Below are positions 49,102-59,273 of a DNA stretch of 64,000 bases, one piece after another. Both the position numbers and the translations under genes were made by a program. The stretch comes from an uncultured Acidobacteriota bacterium. GTDB lineage: Bacteria; Acidobacteriota; Terriglobia; Versatilivoradales; Versatilivoraceae. The notes below the pieces were generated by a model that was given only the letters and a program-made list of their open reading frames with translations, had not been told where the DNA came from and ran no database searches. The stretch is taken from contig CAYWYX010000001.1 in assembly GCA_964462735.1 (NCBI GenBank), forward strand, positions 4,539-68,538, in the 5' to 3' direction. Position 1 is the stretch's first letter, and the number at the start of each line of letters is the position of its first letter.

Positions 49102-51186
49102 TTGATGCCCACCGCAACAAAAAAATCTCTGAAATTTAGACTCTTCTTTCTAGTATTTTGCTTTGTCGTTTGGTCCTGTCTGATTGTCTTCCAATTAGTA
49201 AATTTACAAGTTGTCAAATACCGCGAGATGACTAACCGTTCTCGAAACCAACAAGAACGTGCATTTGATATCAGTCCGAGAAGAGGAACAATTTATGACA
49301 GAAATCAGAGGGCTCTTGCTGTTAGCGTTGAAGTTGATTCTATGTTTGCTGTACCGTCAGAAATTTCTGATAAAGAAAAAATGGCTGAACTCCTTGAAGG
49401 TATTTTGCATATTAATGGCAAACAACTTCTCAAGAATATGAAAAGAGCTAAAAGTTTTTGTTGGGTAAAGAGAAAACTAGATCCATCAGAACGGAAGAAA
49501 GTCCAAGTACTAAATTTGCCTGGAATTTATTTTCAAGAGGAGAATAAACGGTTTTACCCCAAACGAAAACTTGCTGCCCAGGTACTCGGATATGTTGGCA
49601 TGGACAATAATGGACTAGGAGGTCTTGAGTATTTTTATGACAAACGAGTAAGGGGTACAGCAGGGAGAGGTGTACGGATGGCCGATGGTAAGCAACGATC
49701 CTTCAGCAGATTAGAAAAACCTCCAACTGCTGGAGACGATTTAATTTTGACCGTTGATGAATCGATCCAATATTTCGTAGAGACAGAAATTGAAGCCCAA
49801 GTAAAAAAAAGTAATGCAAGGGGAGGTACAGCAATTGTCATGAATCCCAAGACAGGTGAAATTCTGGCCATGGCTAACTACCCTAACTTCAATCCAAACC
49901 AATATAGAGAGTATTCTTCAACCACACTAAAAAATCATGCCATAGTTAGTGGTTATGATCCGGGATCCACATTCAAGATTTTTACAGTAGCAACAGCCAT
50001 TGAAGAAGGACTGACAACAGCAGAAGAGGAGATCGATTGTGAGAATGGTGCAATCCAAATTGGCAGAAATCGAATCCATGATTACAAACCCTTTGGTTTG
50101 TTATCAGTTCGGGATGTGTTAGCACGTTCTAGTAATGTAGGAGTTGTTAAACTTGGTTTCCGTATTGGTAAGGATCGGTTAGAGAAACAAATCCGATTAT
50201 TTGGTTTTGGTGGATCTACAGATATTGATTTACCAGGAGAGGCACGTGGTTTGCTCAGGCCAGCTTCTGATTGGGTTCCCATAGACTTAGGGAATGTGTC
50301 AATAGGACAGGGAATTACTGTAACTCCGCTTCAGCTAGTAACAGCTGTCAGCACAATTGCCAATGGAGGACTATTAGTCAAGCCTAGAGTTGTTGACAAA
50401 ATCCGTGTGGGAGGGGTTCCTGTGAATCCCTCAAAAATTGAGGTGTCAAACACCAGAATTTTACGAAAAGAGACCTCCAAAAGTCTGAAAGAAATGATGA
50501 GCGAGGTAGTTGAACAAGGAACTGGTCGATTAGCTAAATTAAGAGGGTTTTCCTCAGCCGGGAAAACAGGGACAGCTCAGAAGGTGAAAGATGGCAGGTA
50601 TTCGAAGAAAGATTTTATCGCTAACTTTGTTGGTTTTGCACCCAAGGATGATCCAGCTATTTCAATCGTGGTTTTGATTGATGAACCCAGGGGACAATAC
50701 TACGGGGGACAGGTGGCGGCTCCAGTATTTAAGAAAATTGCTGAAAAGACATTAACTTATCTTTCAATTACTCCAGATAGGCCTCAGGATGAAATTGGAT
50801 CCCTCAATGTTAGAGATAAGGAGTTATTTGTTAAAGATAATAAAGAGGAAAAAACTAGTCAATTAGCGGAAGTCTTGTTTGATGACTGGATGTGGATGGA
50901 CAAATCAAAGTCATCTACGAGTGTCGAGCCAGATTCTAACTCTTCAGGTTTTTCTAATCGTGAAGGTGCTGAAGAAATTGTGGTAGAGGGGACAGAACGT
51001 GTCGAGGTTCCAAGCTTTCTAGGAAAATCATTTCGGACTGTATTGTCAGAAGGTTCCAGAGCAGGATTGCGGATACAAGCTCGTGGATCTGGAGTTGTGT
51101 TTAGGCAAAATCCATTGCCAAATGAGAAAGTTGTTCCAGGTTCAATTGTTAAGGTCCAACTTCAAAGAAATAAAAGAGATAGTTAA
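49102..51186 (+). CDS. ftsI: Peptidoglycan D,D-transpeptidase FtsI (class B PBP) with C-terminal PASTA domain
   Basis: N-terminal TM. SxxK (STFK), SxN (SSN), KTG(T) (KTGTA). C-terminal PASTA-like fold. Confidence 0.85.
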   Translation: MMPTATKKSLKFRLFFLVFCFVVWSCLIVFQLVNLQVVKYREMTNRSRNQQERAFDISPRRGTIYDRNQRALAVSVEVDSMFAVPSEISDKEKMAELLEGILHINGKQLLKNMKRAKSFCWVKRKLDPSERKKVQVLNLPGIYFQEENKRFYPKRKLAAQVLGYVGMDNNGLGGLEYFYDKRVRGTAGRGVRMADGKQRSFSRLEKPPTAGDDLILTVDESIQYFVETEIEAQVKKSNARGGTAIVMNPKTGEILAMANYPNFNPNQYREYSSTTLKNHAIVSGYDPGSTFKIFTVATAIEEGLTTAEEEIDCENGAIQIGRNRIHDYKPFGLLSVRDVLARSSNVGVVKLGFRIGKDRLEKQIRLFGFGGSTDIDLPGEARGLLRPASDWVPIDLGNVSIGQGITVTPLQLVTAVSTIANGGLLVKPRVVDKIRVGGVPVNPSKIEVSNTRILRKETSKSLKEMMSEVVEQGTGRLAKLRGFSSAGKTGTAQKVKDGRYSKKDFIANFVGFAPKDDPAISIVVLIDEPRGQYYGGQVAAPVFKKIAEKTLTYLSITPDRPQDEIGSLNVRDKELFVKDNKEEKTSQLAEVLFDDWMWMDKSKSSTSVEPDSNSSGFSNREGAEEIVVEGTERVEVPSFLGKSFRTVLSEGSRAGLRIQARGSGVVFRQNPLPNEKVVPGSIVKVQLQRNKRDS

Positions 51187-51232
51187 ACAGCAGACTTAAA
51201 AAATATATTCATAAAGAATCCACGGGTAGATT

Positions 51233-52726
51233 TTGCTAAAAAGTATGAAGCTTAGGAATGTAATTAAGAATATCGAGCTTAGAGGTGACCCACAAATTTC
51301 AGACATAGAAGTTTCTGGTGTTGCATACGATTCTCGAAAAGTTAAATCAGAAGAACTCTTTGTTGCAATTAAGGGAGAAGAAACTGATGGAAATCGTTAT
51401 GTTGGTCAAGCAATAGATCTTGGAGCAAAAGCAGTTCTTTCGGAGAATCAAAGGCCTTTGGGTTTTAAAATACCTTGGATTCAAGTTGACCAAGACCGTC
51501 GTGCTCTAGCCCAAGCAGCAGATAATTTTTATTCTCATCCCACCCTAGATTTACGGTTGATAGGAATTACCGGTACTAATGGGAAGACTTCCACTTCATA
51601 CCTGATAGAGTCTATGCTAAAGGAGGCGGGAATGAGGGTTGGATTATTAGGGACTGTTGGTCACAGAGGACCAGAATGGGAAGCTTCTGCTGTTCGAACT
51701 ACTCCTGAAAGCTCTGACCTTCAAAGATTTTTTAGAAATTTTGTTGAAATGAAATGTAGTGATGTAGTTGTGGAGGTGTCTTCACACGCTTTGATGATGG
51801 AACGAGTTTATGCTTGTCGATTCCGAACAGCTGTTTTCATGAATCTGACACCGGATCACTTAGATTATCACAATTCCATGCACCATTATTTTAATGCAAA
51901 GAGGCGTTTGTTTTTCGATACGGGATATGGTCCTCCTGATCTTTCCATCATTAATCTGGATGATCCTTGGGGCAAGAGCTTGTCAATGACTGTTCCAGGA
52001 CTACATACTACTTTCTCCCTGAGTGAAGAAGCTGATTTTCAAGTTTTAGAATATCATTTGGGGTGGACTGGAACTAGGGTTAATCTAAAAATTCCAGATG
52101 GAGAACTAGAAGTCACCACTTGTTTAGTGGGACGATTTAATCTTTCAAATCTACTAGCTGCAGTTGCTGTTGCCAGTAGTTTAGGATTGGATAGAAGGGC
52201 TTTAAAAAAGGGAATTGAAAAATGCAGATTAATTCCTGGACGTTTTGAAAGGATTAACTGTGGTCAAGAGTTTCATGTGATTGTAGACTATGCTCACACT
52301 CCTGATGCTCTAGAAAATGTTCTCAAAACAGCCCGTCAACTCCAGCCTAGAAAATTATTGATTCTTTTTGGTTGTGGTGGTGATAGAGATCAGTCAAAAA
52401 GATCTTTGATGGGATCGATTGCTGAAAAGTGGAGTGATTTTGTAATGGTTACTTCCGATAATCCTCGAAGTGAAAACCCTTTGGAAATCATTTTAGAGAT
52501 TCAGAAAGGTTTTCATTCAAACAATCATAATGTGCATCTTGATCGGCTACAAGCAATTAGGCACATTATTAAGCTAGCTCGTAAGAAAGATGTGGTTATT
52601 CTTGCTGGAAAGGGACATGAGTCTGAGCAACAAGTAGAAGGTCAATTCCGATATTTTGATGACCGTCAGGCAGCTAGAATGGTTTTACAGGAAATGGGAT
52701 ATGGTGATTCGGCTAACGTCCAATGA
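51233..52726 (+). CDS. murE: UDP-N-acetylmuramoyl-L-alanyl-D-glutamate--2,6-diaminopimelate ligase
   Basis: Mur ligase P-loop GITGTNGKTST. The DNPR motif (TSDNPRSENP) indicates meso-DAP specificity. Confidence 0.9.
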   Translation: MLKSMKLRNVIKNIELRGDPQISDIEVSGVAYDSRKVKSEELFVAIKGEETDGNRYVGQAIDLGAKAVLSENQRPLGFKIPWIQVDQDRRALAQAADNFYSHPTLDLRLIGITGTNGKTSTSYLIESMLKEAGMRVGLLGTVGHRGPEWEASAVRTTPESSDLQRFFRNFVEMKCSDVVVEVSSHALMMERVYACRFRTAVFMNLTPDHLDYHNSMHHYFNAKRRLFFDTGYGPPDLSIINLDDPWGKSLSMTVPGLHTTFSLSEEADFQVLEYHLGWTGTRVNLKIPDGELEVTTCLVGRFNLSNLLAAVAVASSLGLDRRALKKGIEKCRLIPGRFERINCGQEFHVIVDYAHTPDALENVLKTARQLQPRKLLILFGCGGDRDQSKRSLMGSIAEKWSDFVMVTSDNPRSENPLEIILEIQKGFHSNNHNVHLDRLQAIRHIIKLARKKDVVILAGKGHESEQQVEGQFRYFDDRQAARMVLQEMGYGDSANVQ

Positions 52727-54104
52727 AATATTGCAAACACTTGGTTCTGACCAATATCGCAATAAGTGTGCAGTAGTTCCTTTGGGATACTCGATTGATT
52801 CTAGGAGTCTTCGAAAGGGTGATTGTTTTATTGCAATTAAAGGTCGAAAATTTGATGGTCATCAATTCATTGAAGAGGCTATCCAAAAAGGTGCATGCCT
52901 ACTAATAGTAAGCAGGGATTCATTGATCCCAAAGAGTTCAAACATCCCATATATTGTAGTTCAGGATACTTTGCTAGCACTCCAACAATTAGCTAGAAGG
53001 GTTCGTCATAAGTGGGGTAGAACTATTATTGGGGTTACGGGCAGTACCGGAAAGACAACAACTAAAGAAATCATAGGTCATTTGCTATCGAGCCGATTTA
53101 AAGTTTTTCAGAGCATGGGGAACTTCAATAATGATTATGGATTGCCACTTTCTCTTCTCAAATTAGAAAAAACTCATGAAATAGCTGTTCTAGAGCTGGG
53201 GATGTCTGCCCCAGGCGAAATTGCTAGATTGAGTAAGATTGCTAAGCCTGATTTAGGAATTGTTACTAATGTTGGACCTGTTCATTTAGAATTTTTTCCT
53301 TCAATTCATGCAATAGCAAAAGCTAAACGTGAGCTGATAGATGAGTTGCCTTCTAATGGGGCAGCATTCCTTAATAATGACGATGTCCATGTCAGAAGAT
53401 TTAGCCGGTTTTATGATGGAGAAATTGTAACTTTTGGAATTAAAAGAATTGCTAGCTATCGGATTGATACTGTAAACCTCAAAGAGCTTCGAGGTAGTGA
53501 TTTTATAGTTAATCACCGTGGTAAGAAGTATAGACTTTCTCTACCGTTATTGGGGTATCACAACATAAGTAACTGTTTACCTGGAATAGCTTTAGCCCAT
53601 CGTTGGAAGTTAGGGTTTGATACTATTGCTACTCAACTTCAGACTCTTAAACCAAAATTTGGCCGAGGACTAACCCTGCGTTTTTGCTCTGGATTCTCTG
53701 TAATCGATGACAGCTACAATTCTAACCCTACAGCTTTGATGATGATGATGAAATTGTTTAAGAAAATTTCTGGCTACAGTAGAAAAATCTTAGTGGTTGG
53801 GGAAATGTTGGAGATGGGAGAAAATGGTTCTCGGTTTCACTGGATCTGTGGAAAAACTGCTGCCCAGTTGAAATTTGATTTTATCATTGGTATCCAAGGA
53901 ATGGCAGATCAAATTGTGAGGTCAGCACGTAATCATGGTTATCCTTCAAATCAAGCTATTTTTTTTGAAGATGCTTATCAGGCAGGAGAATGGATGACAT
54001 CTTTAATTAAACCAAGGGATCTAGTATTAGTAAAGGGATCTCGGGGAGTAGGTACTGAAAGAGTAATCCAAATATTAATGGAAAAGTTTGCCCTATCTAC
54101 CTAG
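52701..54104 (+). CDS. murF: UDP-N-acetylmuramoyl-tripeptide--D-alanyl-D-alanine ligase
   Basis: GVTGSTGKTTTKE P-loop. Start taken at the in-frame ATG at 52701, overlapping the murE 3' end by 26 nt (the ORF track begins at 52656). Confidence 0.85.
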   Translation: MVIRLTSNEILQTLGSDQYRNKCAVVPLGYSIDSRSLRKGDCFIAIKGRKFDGHQFIEEAIQKGACLLIVSRDSLIPKSSNIPYIVVQDTLLALQQLARRVRHKWGRTIIGVTGSTGKTTTKEIIGHLLSSRFKVFQSMGNFNNDYGLPLSLLKLEKTHEIAVLELGMSAPGEIARLSKIAKPDLGIVTNVGPVHLEFFPSIHAIAKAKRELIDELPSNGAAFLNNDDVHVRRFSRFYDGEIVTFGIKRIASYRIDTVNLKELRGSDFIVNHRGKKYRLSLPLLGYHNISNCLPGIALAHRWKLGFDTIATQLQTLKPKFGRGLTLRFCSGFSVIDDSYNSNPTALMMMMKLFKKISGYSRKILVVGEMLEMGENGSRFHWICGKTAAQLKFDFIIGIQGMADQIVRSARNHGYPSNQAIFFEDAYQAGEWMTSLIKPRDLVLVKGSRGVGTERVIQILMEKFALST

Positions 54105-54215
54105 AAGCAGTCAATTTATAGACTTATTGCTAATTAGCTTGTAGTTTTTGTTTTTAACTTCCACTGTATGAATTAGATGAAATTTTTTTGAACAGTAGAA
54201 ATTGATCTTAAGCCA

Positions 54216-55355
54216 ATGTTCTATTACATACTTTATGAGTGTCTTTTTCCCAACTATCCGGATTTTTCTTTTCTTAATGTTTTTCGGTACATCACATTTA
54301 GAACTACATGTGCAAGTTTAACAGCTTTGTTGATTGCCCTGATTTTAGGCCCGTGGCTAATTCGACAGTTGAAGGAATTCCAAGTAGGACAGCATATCAG
54401 AGAAGAAGGTCCCCCTCATCATCACCATAAGTCAGGGACACCCACTATGGGTGGTATTTTGATAGTGATTAGTTCTGTAATACCTGTGTTACTTTGGGCA
54501 AATCTTAAAAATCCTTTTGTATGGATTGCATTGTTCTCAATTATAGGTTTTGGTGCCATAGGTTTTACTGACGACTACATCAAGATTAAAAAACGTCGAA
54601 ATTTAGGATTAACAGCCCGGTACAAAATAGGATTACAGTTGATTCTTAGTCTTTGTATAGCAGGTGGGCTTCTGTTACTAGTATTTCAGGGCAGTTATGA
54701 AACTGACCTAACGGTTCCATTCTTAAAAAACCTTCAACCCAACCTAGTCTTAGATATTTTTAGCAATTCTGAGTTCCATTTCTTAGATTTTTTACCCTTC
54801 TTAATTTTTTTATTACTAATCCTGGTCGGATCTTCTAATGCCGTTAATCTTACTGATGGACTTGATGGGTTAGCTATAGGCTGTGTTGTGGTAGCTACAG
54901 GGGCATTAACAGTTCTAACCTACGTTACTAGCCATGCAAACTTTGCTTATTATCTAGGTATTCCTCACCAGCCAGAGGTTGGAGAGCTCACCATATTCTG
55001 TGGAGCCTTAGTAGGCGCAGCCTTAGGCTTTCTTTGGTACAACTGTTATCCAGCGGAATTATTTATGGGAGATGTTGGATCACTGGCACTTGGCGGTGCT
55101 ATTGGGACAATAGCTGTGGTAATCAAACACGAAATATTACTAATAGCAATTGCTGGAGTATTTGTGCTGGAAGTGCTTTCAGTAATAGTTCAGGTTTTTT
55201 CATTTAAGTTAAGAAGAAAAAGAATTTTTTTAATGGCGCCCCTACACCACCATTTTGAGTTGTTAGGCTGGAAAGAAAGTAAGGTTGTGGTTAGGTTCTG
55301 GATAGCAGCTTTGATTTTTGCATTGTTTAGTCTAACTACACTTAAGCTCAGATAA
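54216..55355 (+). CDS. mraY: Phospho-N-acetylmuramoyl-pentapeptide transferase
   Basis: About 10 TM helices. Conserved MraY blocks NAVNLTDGLDGLA and HHH (APLHHHFEL). Confidence 0.9.
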   Translation: MFYYILYECLFPNYPDFSFLNVFRYITFRTTCASLTALLIALILGPWLIRQLKEFQVGQHIREEGPPHHHHKSGTPTMGGILIVISSVIPVLLWANLKNPFVWIALFSIIGFGAIGFTDDYIKIKKRRNLGLTARYKIGLQLILSLCIAGGLLLLVFQGSYETDLTVPFLKNLQPNLVLDIFSNSEFHFLDFLPFLIFLLLILVGSSNAVNLTDGLDGLAIGCVVVATGALTVLTYVTSHANFAYYLGIPHQPEVGELTIFCGALVGAALGFLWYNCYPAELFMGDVGSLALGGAIGTIAVVIKHEILLIAIAGVFVLEVLSVIVQVFSFKLRRKRIFLMAPLHHHFELLGWKESKVVVRFWIAALIFALFSLTTLKLR

Positions 55356-55428
55356 GAAGCTATAGAATAAAGTGTATAGAAGTGAAACTTTACCCTTCTA
55401 AAGCTTTCCTGAAACCCTGGAGTAAATT

Positions 55429-56787
55429 TTGGGAGTCAGAGTGTTCAAAGGAAAGAAGATACTAGTAGTAGGGATGGGACTTAGTGGTTTGGCTTCAGCC
55501 AAATATCTCCAGTCAAAAGGTAGCATTGTAACTGTATCAGAACAGCGGCCCAAACAGGAACTGGAGTCAGAGATTCAGAGTCTTAAAATTCAAGGGATCA
55601 GTTATGAAGTTGGTGGTCATCAGATAGAAACGTTCTTAGAAACTGATTGTATTGTGGTTAGTCCGGGTGTTCCCTTAAATTTGTTTCCTATTAAAAAGGC
55701 CTTTAACCAAGGGATTGAAGTTATTAGTGAAGTCGAATTAGCTTATCGTGTTATTTCTGGGAAAATCATTGGTATAACCGGATCTAATGGTAAGACAACA
55801 ACAACAACCTTGGTTGGAAAAATTCTCAAGTCTGCTGGTTTTCGCGTTCAAGTTGGGGGCAATATTGGAGTGCCCTTGATATCTTTGGTGCAAAGTTCAA
55901 CAAGGGACACAATTAATGTTGTTGAACTAAGTAGCTTTCAGTTAGAAGCAATTCCATCTTTTCGACCAGATATAGCTGTTATTCTTAATATTACTCCTGA
56001 TCATATGGACCGATATGATTCTTTAGAAAACTATTCAAGAGCAAAATTTAATATTCTTAGTAATCAGATCCCACAAGATTTCTCAGTGTTTAATTATGAT
56101 GATCCTTTATTAAGGCAGTTTTGTGACAAAAGTATTGCAAAACGCTATTGGTTTAGTGCTGATTCTCTAGTTTGTCGAGGAAGTTACATCAAAAAGGGAC
56201 AGATGGTATTCTACGATCAGAAAAGATTGGAGTCTGTAATTGATCTTAATATTGTTAGGGTAAAAGGTGTTCATAATTTAGAAAATATTGCTGCAGCAGT
56301 AACAGTCTCTAGCCTTTTGAAGTGTAATATCTTAGCAATTCGTGAGACAGTGCGTTCCTTTCGTGGTATTCCTCACCGCTTGGAGAAGGTTAGAGAACTG
56401 AATGGAGTCGAGTTCTACAATGATTCTAAAGCTACTAATCTAGCTTCTACGCAAACAGCTATAAGAGCTTTTCGAGAAGGGATAGTCCTTATTCTTGGAG
56501 GTCGTGACAAAGGTAGTGATTTTTCGATCCTTCGTCCGTTGATTCTTCAACGTGTCAAAAGCCTAGTTTTACTAGGAGAAGCCAGCCAAAAAATTAAATC
56601 TCAGTTAGATGGAACGGTTCCTGTAAACCAAGTCTCAACTATGCGTGATGCAGTTAATACCGCCTTTCGCTGCTCTCACCCAGGAGATGTTGTGCTATTG
56701 GCTCCTGCTTGTTCTAGTTTTGACATGTTCGATAATTATAATGATAGAGGTAATACATTTAGAGAATTAGTTAATCAACTCCAATGA
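55429..56787 (+). CDS. murD: UDP-N-acetylmuramoylalanine--D-glutamate ligase
   Basis: ILVVGMGLSG Rossmann motif and GITGSNGKTTTT P-loop. Start may instead be the GTG at 55441 (GGGAG RBS 5 nt upstream). Confidence 0.9.
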   Translation: MGVRVFKGKKILVVGMGLSGLASAKYLQSKGSIVTVSEQRPKQELESEIQSLKIQGISYEVGGHQIETFLETDCIVVSPGVPLNLFPIKKAFNQGIEVISEVELAYRVISGKIIGITGSNGKTTTTTLVGKILKSAGFRVQVGGNIGVPLISLVQSSTRDTINVVELSSFQLEAIPSFRPDIAVILNITPDHMDRYDSLENYSRAKFNILSNQIPQDFSVFNYDDPLLRQFCDKSIAKRYWFSADSLVCRGSYIKKGQMVFYDQKRLESVIDLNIVRVKGVHNLENIAAAVTVSSLLKCNILAIRETVRSFRGIPHRLEKVRELNGVEFYNDSKATNLASTQTAIRAFREGIVLILGGRDKGSDFSILRPLILQRVKSLVLLGEASQKIKSQLDGTVPVNQVSTMRDAVNTAFRCSHPGDVVLLAPACSSFDMFDNYNDRGNTFRELVNQLQ

Positions 56788-56852
56788 TGATTCGTAAATA
56801 TACCATTAATATTTTAATTTCCATCATTTGAAAGAAATGACTAGTTAATTAT

Positions 56853-57944
56853 ATGGCAAGAAAGCTCTCACCAGATAAGATACTATTTGCAGTAACCGTG
56901 GCCTTAGTTTTGGTCGGTGTGGTTATGGTGTTCAGTGCTTCTGCTTTAGTAGCTAAAGAAAAATTTGACGATCCCTATTACTTTCTCTATAGACAATTTG
57001 GTTGGGCTCTCATTGGTCTTGTCGCTATGTCGGTAATGATGCACATTGATTATCGTAAGTATCGCCATCCAGTTTGCATTTATGGATTGTTATTAGTGTC
57101 CGGCATATTTTTGGCAGCTCTTTTCTTTCTTGACCAATTTCATAATACTAATCGGTGGATTAGATGGGGACCTCTATCGTTTCAACCATCAGAACTTTCT
57201 AAGTTAGCTCTCGTAATTTTTTTAGCATCCCTATTAGAAAAACGATTGAATCGGATCAATGATTGGCGCCATACATTTTTGCCTTGCATTATCATTTTAG
57301 GGGTGTTTCTAGCTTTAATTATTTTTGAGCCAGATCTCGGAACCGCCGTTTCTATTGTCATTGTTGCTTTCATGCTATTGATTTGTGCGGGTCTTCGGAT
57401 TAAATACCTATTGTATGGTTGTTTAACGGCGATAATATTAGGATTTCCTTTAATTTATTTCTATCAATACCGAGTTCAAAGGATTTTAACTTTTCTTAAT
57501 CCTTGGGATGATCCACAGGGATCTGGCTTTCAGATTATCCAATCTTTAATCGCAGTAGGAAGTGGTGGGCTCACCGGTCTGGGATTAATGGAAGGGATAC
57601 AAAAAAGATTCTATCTTCCAGAGCCGCACACCGATTTTATTTTTGCAGTAATTGGAGAGGAATGGGGGCTGGTTGGAACCTTATTAGTTCTTGGCTTGTT
57701 TGGGATTTTTTTGTTGCGTGGAGTTCGTTTGTCCTTGAAAGCTCCAGATTCATTTGGCTGGTTTTTAGGTATTGGTCTGACAATGATGATAGTTTGCCAG
57801 GCATTTATCAATATGAGTGTGACTTTGAGTTTGTTACCAACCAAGGGGATTCCACTTCCTTTTATTAGTTCAGGTGGATCATCTCTACTAGTTAGTCTTT
57901 TGAGTGTAGGTATATTACTCAATATTTCTCAACATTCTAATTAG
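56853..57944 (+). CDS. ftsW: Peptidoglycan glycosyltransferase FtsW (SEDS family)
   Basis: 10 TM helices. SEDS blocks (RWI..G...FQPSE, TDFIF, GLLP.KG.PLPF.S.GGSS). Confidence 0.85.
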   Translation: MARKLSPDKILFAVTVALVLVGVVMVFSASALVAKEKFDDPYYFLYRQFGWALIGLVAMSVMMHIDYRKYRHPVCIYGLLLVSGIFLAALFFLDQFHNTNRWIRWGPLSFQPSELSKLALVIFLASLLEKRLNRINDWRHTFLPCIIILGVFLALIIFEPDLGTAVSIVIVAFMLLICAGLRIKYLLYGCLTAIILGFPLIYFYQYRVQRILTFLNPWDDPQGSGFQIIQSLIAVGSGGLTGLGLMEGIQKRFYLPEPHTDFIFAVIGEEWGLVGTLLVLGLFGIFLLRGVRLSLKAPDSFGWFLGIGLTMMIVCQAFINMSVTLSLLPTKGIPLPFISSGGSSLLVSLLSVGILLNISQHSN

Positions 57945-58015
57945 GCTAATGCTTCTAAGGTGAGTTAGTCTCGATCCATAAATCAATTTTCTGGACTAAT
58001 TGTTTTAGGTAGAAC

Positions 58016-59182
58016 ATGAACCCAGTTAATACAATGAATAGAGTTGTTATCAAAACCAGAGCAGGAAAAAAAAGTTCAAGGTTGCATAAAAGACATGTCG
58101 GCGGTACCTCCAATGTTTTTATTGCAGGTGGTGGAACAGGAGGACATATTTTTCCAGGGCTAGAAATAGCTAGAGAAATTAAGAAAAGACATCCCAAGGT
58201 AGAGATTAGATTTGTAGGGACTGGACGTGATCTAGAAAAAACTATCCTAGGAGATGCTGGCTACAATTTGAGTTTTCTACCCATTTCTGGATTAAGAGGC
58301 GCAAAAGGACTTAATCTAATAAAGGGGTTTTTAAGGATACCAGCAAGTATATGGGTGGCGTGGCGATTAATTGTCCAATTTCAACCTAGTATTGTTATCG
58401 GTGTAGGTGGTTACTCTTCTGGACCTACTGTGCTAGTAGCTTCACTTTCAGGTATCCCAGTGATTCTGCAGGAGCCAAATGTCTATCCTGGAATTACTAA
58501 TAGGTTATTAGTCCGTTTTAGCCAAAAAATAGCTATCGCTTTTCCAGAATGTACAAAATTCTTTAAAGAAAAGGCTGTTCTAACAGGAAATCCAGTCCGA
58601 ATGGAATTCTCCAGTCTAGCAGAGACCATGCCTCCTCCACCTTTAGTTGTTCTTATTTTTGGTGGTAGCCAAGGATCGCAGCCGATTAATGAAGCTGTTA
58701 TGTCAGCCTTGGAATTTCTTCAATCTGATCTGACCCATTTGCGCTTTATTCACCAAACTGGGAAAAAAGACTACCAAAAAGTGCTTAGTTACTACACGAC
58801 TGCTGGCGTCCAAGCACAAGTCCAACCTTTTTTTTCAGATATGCCTTGCCAATTTAAAAAAGCACATTTGATTCTTTGTCGTTCTGGAGCGACAACCTTG
58901 GCAGAACTTGCGGCAGCGGGAAAGGCTTCATTGCTTGTACCATTTATGGAAGCAGCTGATAACCATCAGCAACTTAATGCTGAATCGCTTGCTGCAAATG
59001 GAGCTGCTGAAGTAATTTGTCAAAACCATTTAGAGGGGGCTTTTCTTGCTGAGCGAATTAAGTACTACCTTCACAATCCAGATAAGATTACGAAAATGGA
59101 AGCAAAAAGTCGTCAGTTGGGCCAGCCTGAAGCAGCGAAAAAGATTGTTGATCTAATTGACGATTTAGTGATTTTGAAATAA
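58016..59182 (+). CDS. murG: Undecaprenyldiphospho-muramoylpentapeptide beta-N-acetylglucosaminyltransferase
   Basis: IAGGGTGGHIFPG and C-terminal GT-B blocks. There is an ~30-aa basic N-terminal extension; an alternative TTG start at 58082 would remove most of it. Confidence 0.85.
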   Translation: MNPVNTMNRVVIKTRAGKKSSRLHKRHVGGTSNVFIAGGGTGGHIFPGLEIAREIKKRHPKVEIRFVGTGRDLEKTILGDAGYNLSFLPISGLRGAKGLNLIKGFLRIPASIWVAWRLIVQFQPSIVIGVGGYSSGPTVLVASLSGIPVILQEPNVYPGITNRLLVRFSQKIAIAFPECTKFFKEKAVLTGNPVRMEFSSLAETMPPPPLVVLIFGGSQGSQPINEAVMSALEFLQSDLTHLRFIHQTGKKDYQKVLSYYTTAGVQAQVQPFFSDMPCQFKKAHLILCRSGATTLAELAAAGKASLLVPFMEAADNHQQLNAESLAANGAAEVICQNHLEGAFLAERIKYYLHNPDKITKMEAKSRQLGQPEAAKKIVDLIDDLVILK

Positions 59183-59273
59183 CTGAAGTTGAGTTAGAGG
59201 GGACTCTATTAGTGGAGATGGTTTGTGCTAATAGTGTGGCAACTAAAATTAATGATTAAATAAAGCTAGCTTT

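Noticed and set aside
52656-52700. murF start at 52656 as given in the ORF track (MMTVRQLEW...)
   Set aside because: That would overlap murE by 70 nt with no RBS. The in-frame ATG at 52701 gives a typical MurF N-terminus and a 26-nt coupling overlap.
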